Positions 9,514 through 19,229 are shown, numbered from the stretch's first letter. The stretch is 61,891 nt of DNA from a virus (IMGVR_UViG_3300028198_000001:1-61891); one strand, 5' to 3'. Translations and numbers: made by a program. Notes: generated from the letters alone by a model not told the origin.

Positions 9514-10812
9514 TTAGAATGGGACTTCTTGTTCTTTTTCTTCTTCCTCAACTTCATCCTGCTCATCATCAACTGGATTCAAATCTTCCATAGATACACC
9601 AGCATCAATCTTAGTATAAAGATCCGTGAATGATTCTTTTGTTTCATCATCAAATCGTTCAAGACACATTGATACTGCTTTCAACTTATCGTTAAAGATT
9701 GAATATGATTTAGTAATATCAATCAAACGTCTTGTTGTAACAATTTCATCCACAGCACCTTCTTTGAAAGACCTACGAATAACATCAGCCCAACGAACAA
9801 GTTTATCAACAAAATCATCTTCCGTCAATTCATACATCTTAAACTGTTTAGAAAGTATCTTTGCTTCCATTTTAGTAGATGGATATTCTTGATAAAATGT
9901 TGCTGAGAACCTATCCAAAAATGCTTCATTCAATATGTTAGTACCAATGAAACGACCGTCATCAGAACCCTTGCCTTTAGTATTAGCAGTTGCAATTACT
10001 GTAAAGCCAGGCTCTGGATAAACCACTTCATTAATCTTTTTAAGATAGATTGGTTTGCCTTCAAGTACAGGTTGCAAACACATAATCTTATGAGAAGCTA
10101 AATCAATTTCATCTACCAAAGCAACAGAACCACGACGCATCGCATTAATGATAGGACCGTCTTGCCAAACAGTTTCACCATCAACTAAACGAAAGCCACC
10201 AAGCAAATCATCTTCATCAGTTTCAACTGTAATGTTTACACGAACCAAATCACGTTTCAGTTTAGCACAAACTTCGTGAATCATAGAAGTTTTGCCGTTA
10301 CCAGAAAGTCCCGTAACAAATACTGGATAGAAAATCTTACTACTAATAATAGTTTTAATATCTTTGAAATGTCCCCACGTTACATATTGAGGGTCACTTT
10401 TTGGAATAAGTGAAAGTGTAACTGGTTTAGTTTTAGCCACAGGTTTCGATACTTTTTTTGGTTTTTCAAAAGATGCTTTTGCTTCTTTTGCTTTCTTATT
10501 CCATTTTTCAGCAACTTCATCTGTAGAAGAAATTACATCCATATCACTTTTAAGTGTTTTCTTTTTTGCAGCTTTAACTACTTCAGGTGAAATCTTAACT
10601 GATTTTTGACCTGTTCCAAAAGTGTGACTTTTTGGAAAAGCATAAATGCCTTTGTCAATTTTTACATGACGCATCACATGGGTATAGATAGTTTTGTATT
10701 GACTATCTGTTAAACCAATGCTTTTACATATGGTCTTAGCATCATCTGTATTAAAATTATCGTTGCCGTATTTGGCAACAATTGCTTCTTTGAACTTTTC
10801 ACGATTATTCAT
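9514..10812 (-). CDS. MoxR/CobS-like AAA+ ATPase
   Basis: GLSGNGKT, LVDEID, IATANTKGKGSDDGRFIGTNILNEAFLDRF. Confidence 0.92.
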   Translation of the reverse strand: MNNREKFKEAIVAKYGNDNFNTDDAKTICKSIGLTDSQYKTIYTHVMRHVKIDKGIYAFPKSHTFGTGQKSVKISPEVVKAAKKKTLKSDMDVISSTDEVAEKWNKKAKEAKASFEKPKKVSKPVAKTKPVTLSLIPKSDPQYVTWGHFKDIKTIISSKIFYPVFVTGLSGNGKTSMIHEVCAKLKRDLVRVNITVETDEDDLLGGFRLVDGETVWQDGPIINAMRRGSVALVDEIDLASHKIMCLQPVLEGKPIYLKKINEVVYPEPGFTVIATANTKGKGSDDGRFIGTNILNEAFLDRFSATFYQEYPSTKMEAKILSKQFKMYELTEDDFVDKLVRWADVIRRSFKEGAVDEIVTTRRLIDITKSYSIFNDKLKAVSMCLERFDDETKESFTDLYTKIDAGVSMEDLNPVDDEQDEVEEEEKEQEVPF

Positions 10813-10850
10813 ATTATAAAACTCCTCAATTAATCATTAAATATACTACT

Positions 10851-10891
10851 ATTATATCAAAATATAGTCCCTCATACAAGGAACAAGGTGG
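10851..10891 (-). promoter_or_regulatory. early promoter, extended -35 type
   Basis: CCACCTTGTTCC-TTGTAT-N17-TATAAT. Confidence 0.75.
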
Positions 10892-10894
10892 CTT

Positions 10895-13264
10895 CTAAGC
10901 CGTTGTATTTTCAGTAATTAGGTCGATAAAACGACTTAATATCACTCTATTGGTCTTAAATGCGTTGTTTTTCTTCATAAACATCTGTGCCATTCTATGT
11001 GCTGTCATATCTGGCTTAACATTTAAATCATTAATTATTTCATTCTTCAAAGTATCTCCTTTAATAACATAATATTCATTATAACCAGATTGTTCTTTAA
11101 TAAACCAACCATCTTTTTTAGCTTTCTTAACCCAATCCTTATAGAATACTTGACCTGCTTCATATGTAACGTGTTTTTGTTTTGGTACAAACCTCCACAA
11201 TGCACTATTGGAAAAACTATTAAGAATGAAAAATCCAACAATGTTAATTCCAAGTCTACCTCTTACAACATCCAAAAGTGTTGGAGTAATAGCAGTGCCA
11301 CGACCATAAAATCCACCTTTCATAATAAGATGGTTTTTCTTAGTTATAGTATCTTTGAGATAAATATTACATTTCTCATCATACATTTTACTACGACCCG
11401 ACCTACGTTCATTCTCACTATCTTTTGTAATGTCATACTGATATACTGAACCACTTGATTCACCATCCGTCAAGAAAACTGCGTGAACACTTTGTAGATT
11501 GTTATCTTTTTTAAACTTACGAATAACATGCTCAGATAAAAGTATTGCTCCATTCAACGGAGTACAATGAAGCTCATCTTCTTTCGGACATGCATAATAA
11601 GAAAATTTATCATATGACATTCCTCTACGATTTTGAAAACGATTTGCAAGGATACACATATTCAACAAACCATTATTATAATCTTTAGCGTTCATACGAC
11701 TTGACAAATAATTCTGCAATCGTACCCGACAATCTGTAACCAAATCATTATTCTTATACTTAAATGAAACTGGATTGTTCTTATAACTACCATCAGCCAT
11801 TTGTTGATTAGGGTCAGCTTCCATGAAACTATATACTTCAAATGGAATATTGACCTTCTTACAAAAGAATGAGAGCTCCATAACTTGTTTGATACATCCA
11901 TAAATATTATCTGCCATAGAACCAGACCAATCAAGTATCATTACTAAACCATGATTCTTGCCTTCTGGGATTCTCATATTCTTCTTAAATACATCATCAT
12001 TATATTTTGCTGAAAACAACTTGTTGGTATCCAAGATACCAGTTTTTGACATTGATGTTTTCTTATATACATCAGCTGCCTTCTTGCGTTCAAACTCCAT
12101 AGCAATATGATTGACCGTCTTAACAGAACCCTTCTTAAATTTTGAAAGAGTAGCTCTACCATTATCATATACATATTTTTTAAGAGCATTAAATCTTTCA
12201 TCATCCCAACCACCCTGCCATAAATTTGGATTGGCTTCCATAGAACCATAAAAATTATCAATTCTCTTATGTACATCTTTATAATCGACAATAGCATCTT
12301 TCATATTAGCTTTGTCTGGAATAGTTAGATAATAATTCTTGACTTCATTATTAACTAAGTCATCCATACGTTCCTGAAAATGTTCAAATGTAGTTGAACG
12401 AACTTCATCTTGTGCATATTCAGATTGTTCTGGTTCTGGTACTTCTTGATCTTCATTTTTTTCGTTATCATCAGCATCATTCATATAATTATTAAAAGCA
12501 TCTTGTTCTTCGTCTACAGGTGATTCATCTCCTTCACCTTCTGCTTTTTCTGTTTCATCTATATCAACATCGCCTTCATCGTCACCTTCACCATTTTCAC
12601 TATCATCAGCTTCTGCTTCACTAGAATCTTGTGCGTCACCATCAGATTGTTCATCAGAATATTGTGGTTGTGAATTTTCATCATCATCACCCATCTGCTC
12701 TTCTTTATCTTTTTCTGCTTTCGCATAAGCATAAAGTTCTTTTGCGATTGCTTCTATATCTTTAAAAGAATTAGCAGCCTCAATTCTATCAACAAAAGAT
12801 TGTTCAATTTCATTAAAAGTAATATCGACTGCGTTTGGAATTTTGAAAAAGAGATTAATCTTATCTAAGATGTTCAATCCAGACATAGGTCGTTTAGATA
12901 GACCAAAGAAATCTTTTTCAACAAGATGTTGATATCCAGAAAAGAATTGTTTCCTCAAACCCGGATATCGTTTTTTGACTAGTTTTTCAATTCTTGCATC
13001 TTCCAATATATTGACACAAGCTTTTGAAGTTTTTTGGTAGGCTTTTTGTAATCGGTCTGTATTAGTAGGTGTGAATAATGCGTGTCCAACTTCATGGCCT
13101 ACTAATAGATCATAAAGGTGATTTGGCATATCCTTCCACGTTGGAAGAATAAGAGTGCGACTTTTTACATCAAAATAAGCTGTATCAACTTGTTGATGCT
13201 GAACATCCAAGTCCTCAGTTGCCAACAATTTTGCTAACTTCTCTTTGCTCTCAATTTTCATCAT
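10895..13264 (-). CDS. metallopeptidase-like plus vWA domain protein (CobT-like MoxR partner)
   Basis: HEVGH, NILEDARIE, acidic linker, MIDAS DWSGS...TPL...LTDGE. Confidence 0.88.
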   Translation of the reverse strand: MMKIESKEKLAKLLATEDLDVQHQQVDTAYFDVKSRTLILPTWKDMPNHLYDLLVGHEVGHALFTPTNTDRLQKAYQKTSKACVNILEDARIEKLVKKRYPGLRKQFFSGYQHLVEKDFFGLSKRPMSGLNILDKINLFFKIPNAVDITFNEIEQSFVDRIEAANSFKDIEAIAKELYAYAKAEKDKEEQMGDDDENSQPQYSDEQSDGDAQDSSEAEADDSENGEGDDEGDVDIDETEKAEGEGDESPVDEEQDAFNNYMNDADDNEKNEDQEVPEPEQSEYAQDEVRSTTFEHFQERMDDLVNNEVKNYYLTIPDKANMKDAIVDYKDVHKRIDNFYGSMEANPNLWQGGWDDERFNALKKYVYDNGRATLSKFKKGSVKTVNHIAMEFERKKAADVYKKTSMSKTGILDTNKLFSAKYNDDVFKKNMRIPEGKNHGLVMILDWSGSMADNIYGCIKQVMELSFFCKKVNIPFEVYSFMEADPNQQMADGSYKNNPVSFKYKNNDLVTDCRVRLQNYLSSRMNAKDYNNGLLNMCILANRFQNRRGMSYDKFSYYACPKEDELHCTPLNGAILLSEHVIRKFKKDNNLQSVHAVFLTDGESSGSVYQYDITKDSENERRSGRSKMYDEKCNIYLKDTITKKNHLIMKGGFYGRGTAITPTLLDVVRGRLGINIVGFFILNSFSNSALWRFVPKQKHVTYEAGQVFYKDWVKKAKKDGWFIKEQSGYNEYYVIKGDTLKNEIINDLNVKPDMTAHRMAQMFMKKNNAFKTNRVILSRFIDLITENTTA

Positions 13265-13292
13265 ATATATTTCCTCATCAAATTATGTAACC

Positions 13293-13333
13293 ATTATAGC
13301 AAAATAGGGGTAACTATACAAGGAACAATGTGG
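13293..13333 (-). promoter_or_regulatory. early promoter, extended -35 type
   Basis: CCACATTGTTCC-TTGTAT-N17-TATAAT. Confidence 0.75.
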
Positions 13334-13389
13334 TCTGTAAGTGGTTGTTTTTAAAGGGGGTTATAGAGATATATGTAACTCATTGTAAA

Positions 13390-13425
13390 ATAAGGGGTTA
13401 CAGATTTGTGTCCATAACCCCTTAT
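13390..13425 (-). terminator. hairpin / probable intrinsic terminator after hsp20
   Basis: ATAAGGGGTTA-N14-TAACCCCTTAT, followed by T residues on the minus strand. Confidence 0.6.
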
Positions 13426-13440
13426 ATCTAAAGACTTTAA

Positions 13441-13869
13441 CTACTTAATATCAATAGTTTTCGGCTTAACAGCGTCTTTTTTTGGTAAAGTAATAGCCAA
13501 AATACCATCATTCATCTCTGCTGTGACTTTATCAGCATTGACAGCTCGTGGAAAATTACGAAAAACCTGTTCCGTCTTTACACCATAAAACTCTGAATCA
13601 GATTCAGATACATCTTTATTACACTTGATAGTAAGAGTACTATCTTTAAATGTAAGGTCAATATCCTTCTTAGTCATTCCTGGCATAACAATATCTAATG
13701 TATAAGAATCATCAGTTTCATTCCAACGATACTTATTAGTTGGCCTGTGTGCTACACCAGTAGTCCATGGGTCATTTTGCATAAGATAGTTATCAAAGCG
13801 ATCCCAATTACACCATGCAGGAAATACATCATTAAAAAGATCATTGTGTTTTTTTATTAAAGTAGTCAT
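13441..13869 (-). CDS. hsp20: small heat-shock protein Hsp20
   Basis: Alpha-crystallin domain: MPGMTKKDI...AEMNDGILAITLPK...IDI. Confidence 0.93.
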   Translation of the reverse strand: MTTLIKKHNDLFNDVFPAWCNWDRFDNYLMQNDPWTTGVAHRPTNKYRWNETDDSYTLDIVMPGMTKKDIDLTFKDSTLTIKCNKDVSESDSEFYGVKTEQVFRNFPRAVNADKVTAEMNDGILAITLPKKDAVKPKTIDIK

Positions 13870-13913
13870 TTGTTTTGCTCCGTTTAAATTAAAGTTTAAT
13901 TGCCTCTATAGAT

Positions 13914-13942
13914 ATTATAAGATTTGAATATCCATTTGTCAA
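13914..13942 (-). promoter_or_regulatory. perfect sigma70 promoter for hsp20
   Basis: TTGACA-N17-TATAAT with an upstream A/T tract. Confidence 0.8.
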
Positions 13943-13948
13943 GGTTTA

Positions 13949-14116
13949 TTAAAAAAAATTAATTTTTCCCGTACACCTGGGATAAAGTGACATTGGGGAA
14001 CATTCTTTACCAACCTCTGGCATCGACACCCAATCAAAAGGGTCTATCACAAACATAAGTGCAGCTATTCCAAACACAATAATAAATATTACAGATTTTT
14101 TATTTAACTTATCCAT
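13949..14116 (-). CDS. 55-aa membrane micro-protein (not in ORF track)
   Basis: MDKLNKKSVIFIIVFGIAALMFVIDPFDW...C...C...*; abuts the upstream stop codon. Confidence 0.6.
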   Translation of the reverse strand: MDKLNKKSVIFIIVFGIAALMFVIDPFDWVSMPEVGKECSPMSLYPRCTGKINFF

Positions 14117-14299
14117 CTATAAATTCCAATCAAATCCAAAACGAACCTGATCTATATTATCAGCAGAGTCATCTGTATTAACATTCATTTGTAATTTAAA
14201 TTTATCTGGTGATACATATTGATGAAAATTTCTCTTTCTGGTATGCTCTGTGGCACAACCAACAAACAACAATATAAGTAATATATAAAGATATCTCAT
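14117..14299 (-). CDS. small putative lipoprotein
   Basis: MRYLYILLILLFVGC lipobox; SD GAGGAG. Confidence 0.65.
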   Translation of the reverse strand: MRYLYILLILLFVGCATEHTRKRNFHQYVSPDKFKLQMNVNTDDSADNIDQVRFGFDWNL

Positions 14300-14517
14300 T
14301 CTTTCTTCTCCTCTTTTGGTTTTTGTTTCTTATTACTATAGCCATCTTTAGCCCAACCATTTCCCTTGAGCTGAAAAGATGGTGCATCTATATCTCTTTC
14401 CATAATACCAGTACAACCTCCTTGTTCACAAGGAAACTTCTTATCTCGTTTTTTAACATCTATTATAATTTCATCTGAATAACCACACATATTACATCTG
14501 TAAGTATAAATCGGCAT
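14296..14517 (-). CDS. FmdB-family zinc-ribbon protein
   Basis: MPIYTYRCNMCG...C...C...FQLKGNGWAKDGY. Confidence 0.85.
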   Translation of the reverse strand: MPIYTYRCNMCGYSDEIIIDVKKRDKKFPCEQGGCTGIMERDIDAPSFQLKGNGWAKDGYSNKKQKPKEEKKE

Positions 14518-14882
14518 TATTTTATTTCCGTAAAGTCTGGTGGGAAAAATATACCATGCCTCAAATCCATTTGATTCAATGTAATCTTCCCATCTTTTTT
14601 TAATATTTTAAACTTGGGTTCATCATTGGGTATTAATGCCATCAAATCAAATATTGTAATATCTTCTCCATTCATTTCTAAAATAATGTCCCCCTTATGA
14701 ATACTCCATCTTCTAAAGGCACTCAACTTTCTAACATCTGTTATTATAAAATCACCATTAGTATTTTCCAGTACTGTAATTCTTAAATTGTTTAAATACA
14801 TTGGTGTGAAATTATTTATATTCTTATCCGGCCAAGCATATGCATTAGATGTTAATAAAAGTATAATAATTAAATATTTCAT
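14517..14882 (-). CDS. exported protein with PDZ-like domain
   Basis: Signal peptide ending AYA; IHKGDIILEMNG matches the PDZ GD-I--vNG pattern. Confidence 0.55.
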   Translation of the reverse strand: MKYLIIILLLTSNAYAWPDKNINNFTPMYLNNLRITVLENTNGDFIITDVRKLSAFRRWSIHKGDIILEMNGEDITIFDLMALIPNDEPKFKILKKDGKITLNQMDLRHGIFFPPDFTEIK

Positions 14883-15091
14883 TCTCTAATCCTATTAAAA
14901 TATCTTCGTATAATATAAATTCTAATAATAGATGAAATGGTAAATATTGTTGCTAATTGAACATTTTCAAATAATGTAATCTCTATATCATATACAGGAA
15001 ATATTAATAACTGTATCATAATAGCCACAATTAAACCAGACCCAACTGTTATAAAAGATTCAAATAAACTCTGTATTTTACTCTGTTTCAT
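14879..15091 (-). CDS. small two-TM phage membrane protein
   Basis: MKQSKIQSLFES...FTISSIIRIYIIRRYFN; two hydrophobic segments. Confidence 0.7.
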   Translation of the reverse strand: MKQSKIQSLFESFITVGSGLIVAIMIQLLIFPVYDIEITLFENVQLATIFTISSIIRIYIIRRYFNRIRE

Positions 15092-16788
15092 TCTCTAGTT
15101 ATTTGTGTAAAGTTTTTAACTTTTTCTACTATCAGCTTATCTGGAAACTTATCATCAAGTATATCCAGTTTATGTGATATGATAAACAGATTAGTATTCT
15201 TTATTATATTAAACAACTTCATTAAGTCATCTACACCAGCTTGGTCTAAACTAGCATCAAACACTTCATCTAATATAAGAAGATTCACATTAACTGAATT
15301 TCTCATAGATGCTATATCTCGCCAAGTTAACAACAAAGCTATATCAATACGTTTCTTCTCTCCTTCTGAAAAGGAATAATAAGAAAATTGATCTCTATGT
15401 CTACTCTTAATAGTTTCTTGGAAGTTCTCATCCAACTGGAAGTTCACAAAGAAATCCATATCCTTTAGATAATCATTTACATGCTTATTGATAACTGGAA
15501 GATACTTCTTAATGATTCGTGTCTTAATACCAGTATCATTTAATATGTTACTCAATACATCATAATAAAATTTCTGGTCTACATATTGAAACCTTGTAGA
15601 TTTAGAGTCATCCAATTCTTTATTCAATATATTCATAGATTCTTTTTTAATTTCAACTTGAAAAGATTCCAAATCAGAACTTAACTTTTGTATAAAAGAA
15701 TTATGAGCTTGGATGTTACTTAACTTCTGTACTACCTGTGTTTCTTCTTTCTGTATATCTTGGGTGTATTTGGATATCTCTCCTATCCTATCATATACTT
15801 TCTCAACCTCTTTTTCAATTTTATATAAACCTTCATTCATTTCCTCAATATCGTCTGATATGTCATTACACTTATGTTTCTTAAAATTCTCCAGAATATC
15901 CTGTTGGCAAGTAGGACATATTTGATTTTTCTCATAAAATTTTTTATCCTTAGTTAATTTTTTTAAATTTTTAGATATCTGAGAATGATACTTATCTAAC
16001 TCTTGGTTTTTCTTTTCAACTGTAGCTTTATCTTGAATAGAGTTTAACAAAACATCTATACGTTCTTGATGTACCTCTATCTCTTTATTTAGTTTTGCAA
16101 TCTCCTGTTCTGTTTCTTTAATCTTATCCAAATCAGATTTACGTTTCTGTTTGGATTCTTCTTCCATAGCTTTCAAATGTTTTTCTTGTAATGATATCTT
16201 TTCCTGAAGGAGTTTAATCTCATAATCAACTTCACCCATTTCTTCTTTTAAAGTTATTACACGATCTTTCAATAGAGTTTTCATTACAGAGAATATACCA
16301 ATGTCCAGTATATCTTCAATAATGATTCTTCTATCATTAGCTGTCAATTGCATAAATGGAACAAATGAAGCAGAGCCTAATACAACAATCTGTGTGAATG
16401 ACTTAAAGTTTAGCTTCAATACTTTTTCTTCAAGATACTTTTGATAGTCCATAGACTTAGCATCTTGATTTACTAAAATACCGTTGTGGTAAATCTCAAA
16501 CAGATTTGGTTTAATACCACGACACACTTTCCATTCAGCCGAACCAACAGAAAATTCAATCTCTGTTAAAGTATCTCTCTCATTAACAGAATTAACTAGC
16601 TGACCTTTATTAACTTTTTTGAATGGTTTTCCAAACAGAGAAAAAGTAATAGCATCAATCAAAGTAGACTTACCAGCACCATTCTTACCAACCACTAACA
16701 TCATGGCTTCTTGGTCTAGTTTTACTTCAATGAATCTATTACCTGTTGCTAAGAAGTTTTTCCACCTAACTGTTTTCAGTCGTATCAT
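15088..16788 (-). CDS. gp46: recombination nuclease ATPase subunit (T4 gp46/Rad50-like)
   Basis: WKNFLATG, GKNGAGKST, zinc hook CPTC, FSEGEK, LILDE. Confidence 0.97.
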   Translation of the reverse strand: MIRLKTVRWKNFLATGNRFIEVKLDQEAMMLVVGKNGAGKSTLIDAITFSLFGKPFKKVNKGQLVNSVNERDTLTEIEFSVGSAEWKVCRGIKPNLFEIYHNGILVNQDAKSMDYQKYLEEKVLKLNFKSFTQIVVLGSASFVPFMQLTANDRRIIIEDILDIGIFSVMKTLLKDRVITLKEEMGEVDYEIKLLQEKISLQEKHLKAMEEESKQKRKSDLDKIKETEQEIAKLNKEIEVHQERIDVLLNSIQDKATVEKKNQELDKYHSQISKNLKKLTKDKKFYEKNQICPTCQQDILENFKKHKCNDISDDIEEMNEGLYKIEKEVEKVYDRIGEISKYTQDIQKEETQVVQKLSNIQAHNSFIQKLSSDLESFQVEIKKESMNILNKELDDSKSTRFQYVDQKFYYDVLSNILNDTGIKTRIIKKYLPVINKHVNDYLKDMDFFVNFQLDENFQETIKSRHRDQFSYYSFSEGEKKRIDIALLLTWRDIASMRNSVNVNLLILDEVFDASLDQAGVDDLMKLFNIIKNTNLFIISHKLDILDDKFPDKLIVEKVKNFTQITRE

Positions 16789-17095
16789 TGTTTACATCAA
16801 AAAAATGTTTATCATTGATAGCTTTATCATCAACCCATATATCATATAATGGTTTTCCACAACTAACAGAAGTGGCTTTAACTCCCCATCCTTCTAATTG
16901 TTTTTTTGTATATTCTCTCCAATCTTTTCCTGAACCACTACCCCTTGCTGTCCAGTAATGTATCTCATGTCCCTCATCATATAACTTATTCATCATCTCA
17001 ATTCGTTCTTTATGAGGTTTATGATTTGGATAATCTGGTTTTGGTCTAACTTGTGTACATATCGTTCCATCAATATCTACCATGTATTTACTCAT
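16766..17095 (-). CDS. small capless HAD-family phosphatase
   Basis: VDIDGT, WTARG, GKP, VDDKA. Confidence 0.85.
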   Translation of the reverse strand: MSKYMVDIDGTICTQVRPKPDYPNHKPHKERIEMMNKLYDEGHEIHYWTARGSGSGKDWREYTKKQLEGWGVKATSVSCGKPLYDIWVDDKAINDKHFFDVNNDTTENS

Positions 17096-18170
17096 CAGTA
17101 TTTAATGCCTCATCATACAAGATTTGTAATAGCCTCTTTACTTTATTTCGTTCCACACGTTTCTCATGATCTATTGGCATACTATCCACATACTCCTCAA
17201 GAAACGTAGCCGTGTTACCAACTTCTACATCTTCACCTTCTTCTAGGTTTGAATATCTAGCAGTATACTCAGACAAGTCCTCCAGTATGATTAAGTCTGT
17301 AGGATTTGATTTATACATTCTATCAAGAAAAGTTTCAAACTCAGGTATCTTAGTTTTATTTTCTACAATAAGTTTGACTATCTTATTTGTATAGAAGCTA
17401 GTATCTAATGACCTAAAATTGTTCTCCCAGTTTTCATCATCATAATATATCTTTTCAAACAAACGATAATCATTCTTTATAAACTCAATCTCTCTGGTTT
17501 CTGTATCAAAGATATGAAATCCTTTTGGGTCATCGTAGTCATTCCAAGTAATCTCATATGGAGCTCCAAGATAATGTATGTTACCTTTACTTGACTTATG
17601 ATGATAATGTCCAGAAGCAACAAACTCATATCTATTAAAGATACTTGGTTGAAGTCCCGTACCAGCTACATAGTTTTTATACATAGCAAACCCTTCAACT
17701 TCCAAATGTCCAAAGGCAACTTGTGATTTAGAGTTCTTGATAAACCCCATTGTCCCTTCATAGTTCTCAGAGTTTATCCAAGGAATCAAATCAATATCTG
17801 TACCATCAAGGGTTAATGTATGAGCAGCTGGATACACATTCACATTATTATAATGTCCATATAATAGAAAAGAACTATTAACATTATTCGTGTTTCTATA
17901 ATATGTTGAATGGTTGCCTACAATAGAATGTAATTTAATATTATTTTGCCACATAACATCAAAATAATATTTGCGTACTTTATCCAATATAGCAAAGTTG
18001 ACATACTTTCGGCGATCAAAGGTATCACCCAAATCTATTACTGTATCTATGTTATTTTCTTTTAAGTATGGAAAGAACTGATTGGTATAAAACTTTTCTA
18101 TATACTCATTAAAAGACTGACTATCACTCTTACCACCGAAATGTTGATCTGTAATCAATGCTACTTTCAC
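17088..18170 (-). CDS. gp47: recombination nuclease subunit (T4 gp47/Mre11-like); likely GTG start at 18170
   Basis: ITDQHFG, LGDTFDRRK, VGNH, FGHLE, SGHYH. Confidence 0.96.
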   Translation of the reverse strand: MKVALITDQHFGGKSDSQSFNEYIEKFYTNQFFPYLKENNIDTVIDLGDTFDRRKYVNFAILDKVRKYYFDVMWQNNIKLHSIVGNHSTYYRNTNNVNSSFLLYGHYNNVNVYPAAHTLTLDGTDIDLIPWINSENYEGTMGFIKNSKSQVAFGHLEVEGFAMYKNYVAGTGLQPSIFNRYEFVASGHYHHKSSKGNIHYLGAPYEITWNDYDDPKGFHIFDTETREIEFIKNDYRLFEKIYYDDENWENNFRSLDTSFYTNKIVKLIVENKTKIPEFETFLDRMYKSNPTDLIILEDLSEYTARYSNLEEGEDVEVGNTATFLEEYVDSMPIDHEKRVERNKVKRLLQILYDEALNTDE

Positions 18171-18319
18171 TTGTATTTCTTCTCCCACGTATGATGACAT
18201 CTTGTACATTCAAAAACTTGTATTGCTTTTCCATCTGAACCATGTTTTACATCAAAGCTACAATTGGTAAACGCATAGTTTGGCTCATGCACTTTACATC
18301 TAGGACATTCTTGAAACAT
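18167..18319 (-). CDS. 50-aa zinc-ribbon protein (not in ORF track)
   Basis: MFQECPRCKVHEPNYAFTNCSFDVKHGSDGKAIQVFECTRCHHTWEKKYK*; GTGA overlap with gp47. Confidence 0.7.
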   Translation of the reverse strand: MFQECPRCKVHEPNYAFTNCSFDVKHGSDGKAIQVFECTRCHHTWEKKYK

Positions 18320-18332
18320 TAATATGTTATAA

Positions 18333-19229
18333 TCATCTGACACTTACCATCTCCTTTACGATATTAGAAACCATGAATTTTAAATTCTTAAACTCACGCA
18401 ATCTTCGTAAAGTATATGGAAGCCAATCTGCACCAAATGGAACATATAGTCTAACACAATAACCTTGGTTTAACAAGGAAGAACTTAGATCGCGGCGTAT
18501 CCCGTATAACATCTCAATAAACAAATCATCCTTTTTCACATTAAACCTATTTAAAAAACCAAGTATATCATCTAATAACTGCTCATCATGTGTTCCCAAA
18601 GCTGGTAGTGGTGTTGTATCATTCTTGTAATGATAATATGAACGACTTCTATCCGATATCAAACGAAAAGCCTGTTTGATATAAACATCATGTAATAAAT
18701 CTTTTCTATTATATGCTTTTGTAATATGTTCTTTGTAAGCACCCTTCACCAATCTAACAGATATTTCTTTATCCATCATAAGAGATAAATCTTTTTCTGT
18801 TCTGTATAGATTTGATTGAAGAGCTATACCAATATTGGGAAAGTGTTTTCTTAACTTTGTAGCCAAGTCAATAGTATCTTGTGTAACGGATGAATCTTCC
18901 ATATCCAAACGCACTGTCATTCCATGAAGATATGCTCTATGCACAATATCATTCAATCGTTCATAACACTTATACTTATTTAATAACAATCCTAATTGAG
19001 TTGGTTTAATGGATATGTCTAATGGATAGTTAACCAACGCATAATATTCAATTATGTCAATATACTGTCTTACAGCTTTATCACAATCCTCATCAGTTTT
19101 ACTAATCTCACCAAGATAGTCAATCGTTATATCATAACCATCAATAATAAGTTTACTGATTACAGGTATGGCAGAGTCAAAATCATGCCCAGCAATAAAT
19201 CTCTTTGCTAAGGGATATAAAAATTTCAT
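18333..19229 (-). CDS. monofunctional proline dehydrogenase (PRODH/PutB-like)
   Basis: KRFIAG, ISIKPTQLG, LDMEDS, RLVKGAY, MLYGIR, RLYVPFGADWLPYTLRRLRE. Confidence 0.93.
   Translation of the reverse strand: MKFLYPLAKRFIAGHDFDSAIPVISKLIIDGYDITIDYLGEISKTDEDCDKAVRQYIDIIEYYALVNYPLDISIKPTQLGLLLNKYKCYERLNDIVHRAYLHGMTVRLDMEDSSVTQDTIDLATKLRKHFPNIGIALQSNLYRTEKDLSLMMDKEISVRLVKGAYKEHITKAYNRKDLLHDVYIKQAFRLISDRSRSYYHYKNDTTPLPALGTHDEQLLDDILGFLNRFNVKKDDLFIEMLYGIRRDLSSSLLNQGYCVRLYVPFGADWLPYTLRRLREFKNLKFMVSNIVKEMVSVR

Noticed and set aside
9514-13264. Cobaltochelatase (cobS/cobT) as a cobalamin AMG
   Set aside because: Motifs support only a generic MoxR AAA+/vWA pair, common in marine T4-like phages; no cobN or other cob genes are present.
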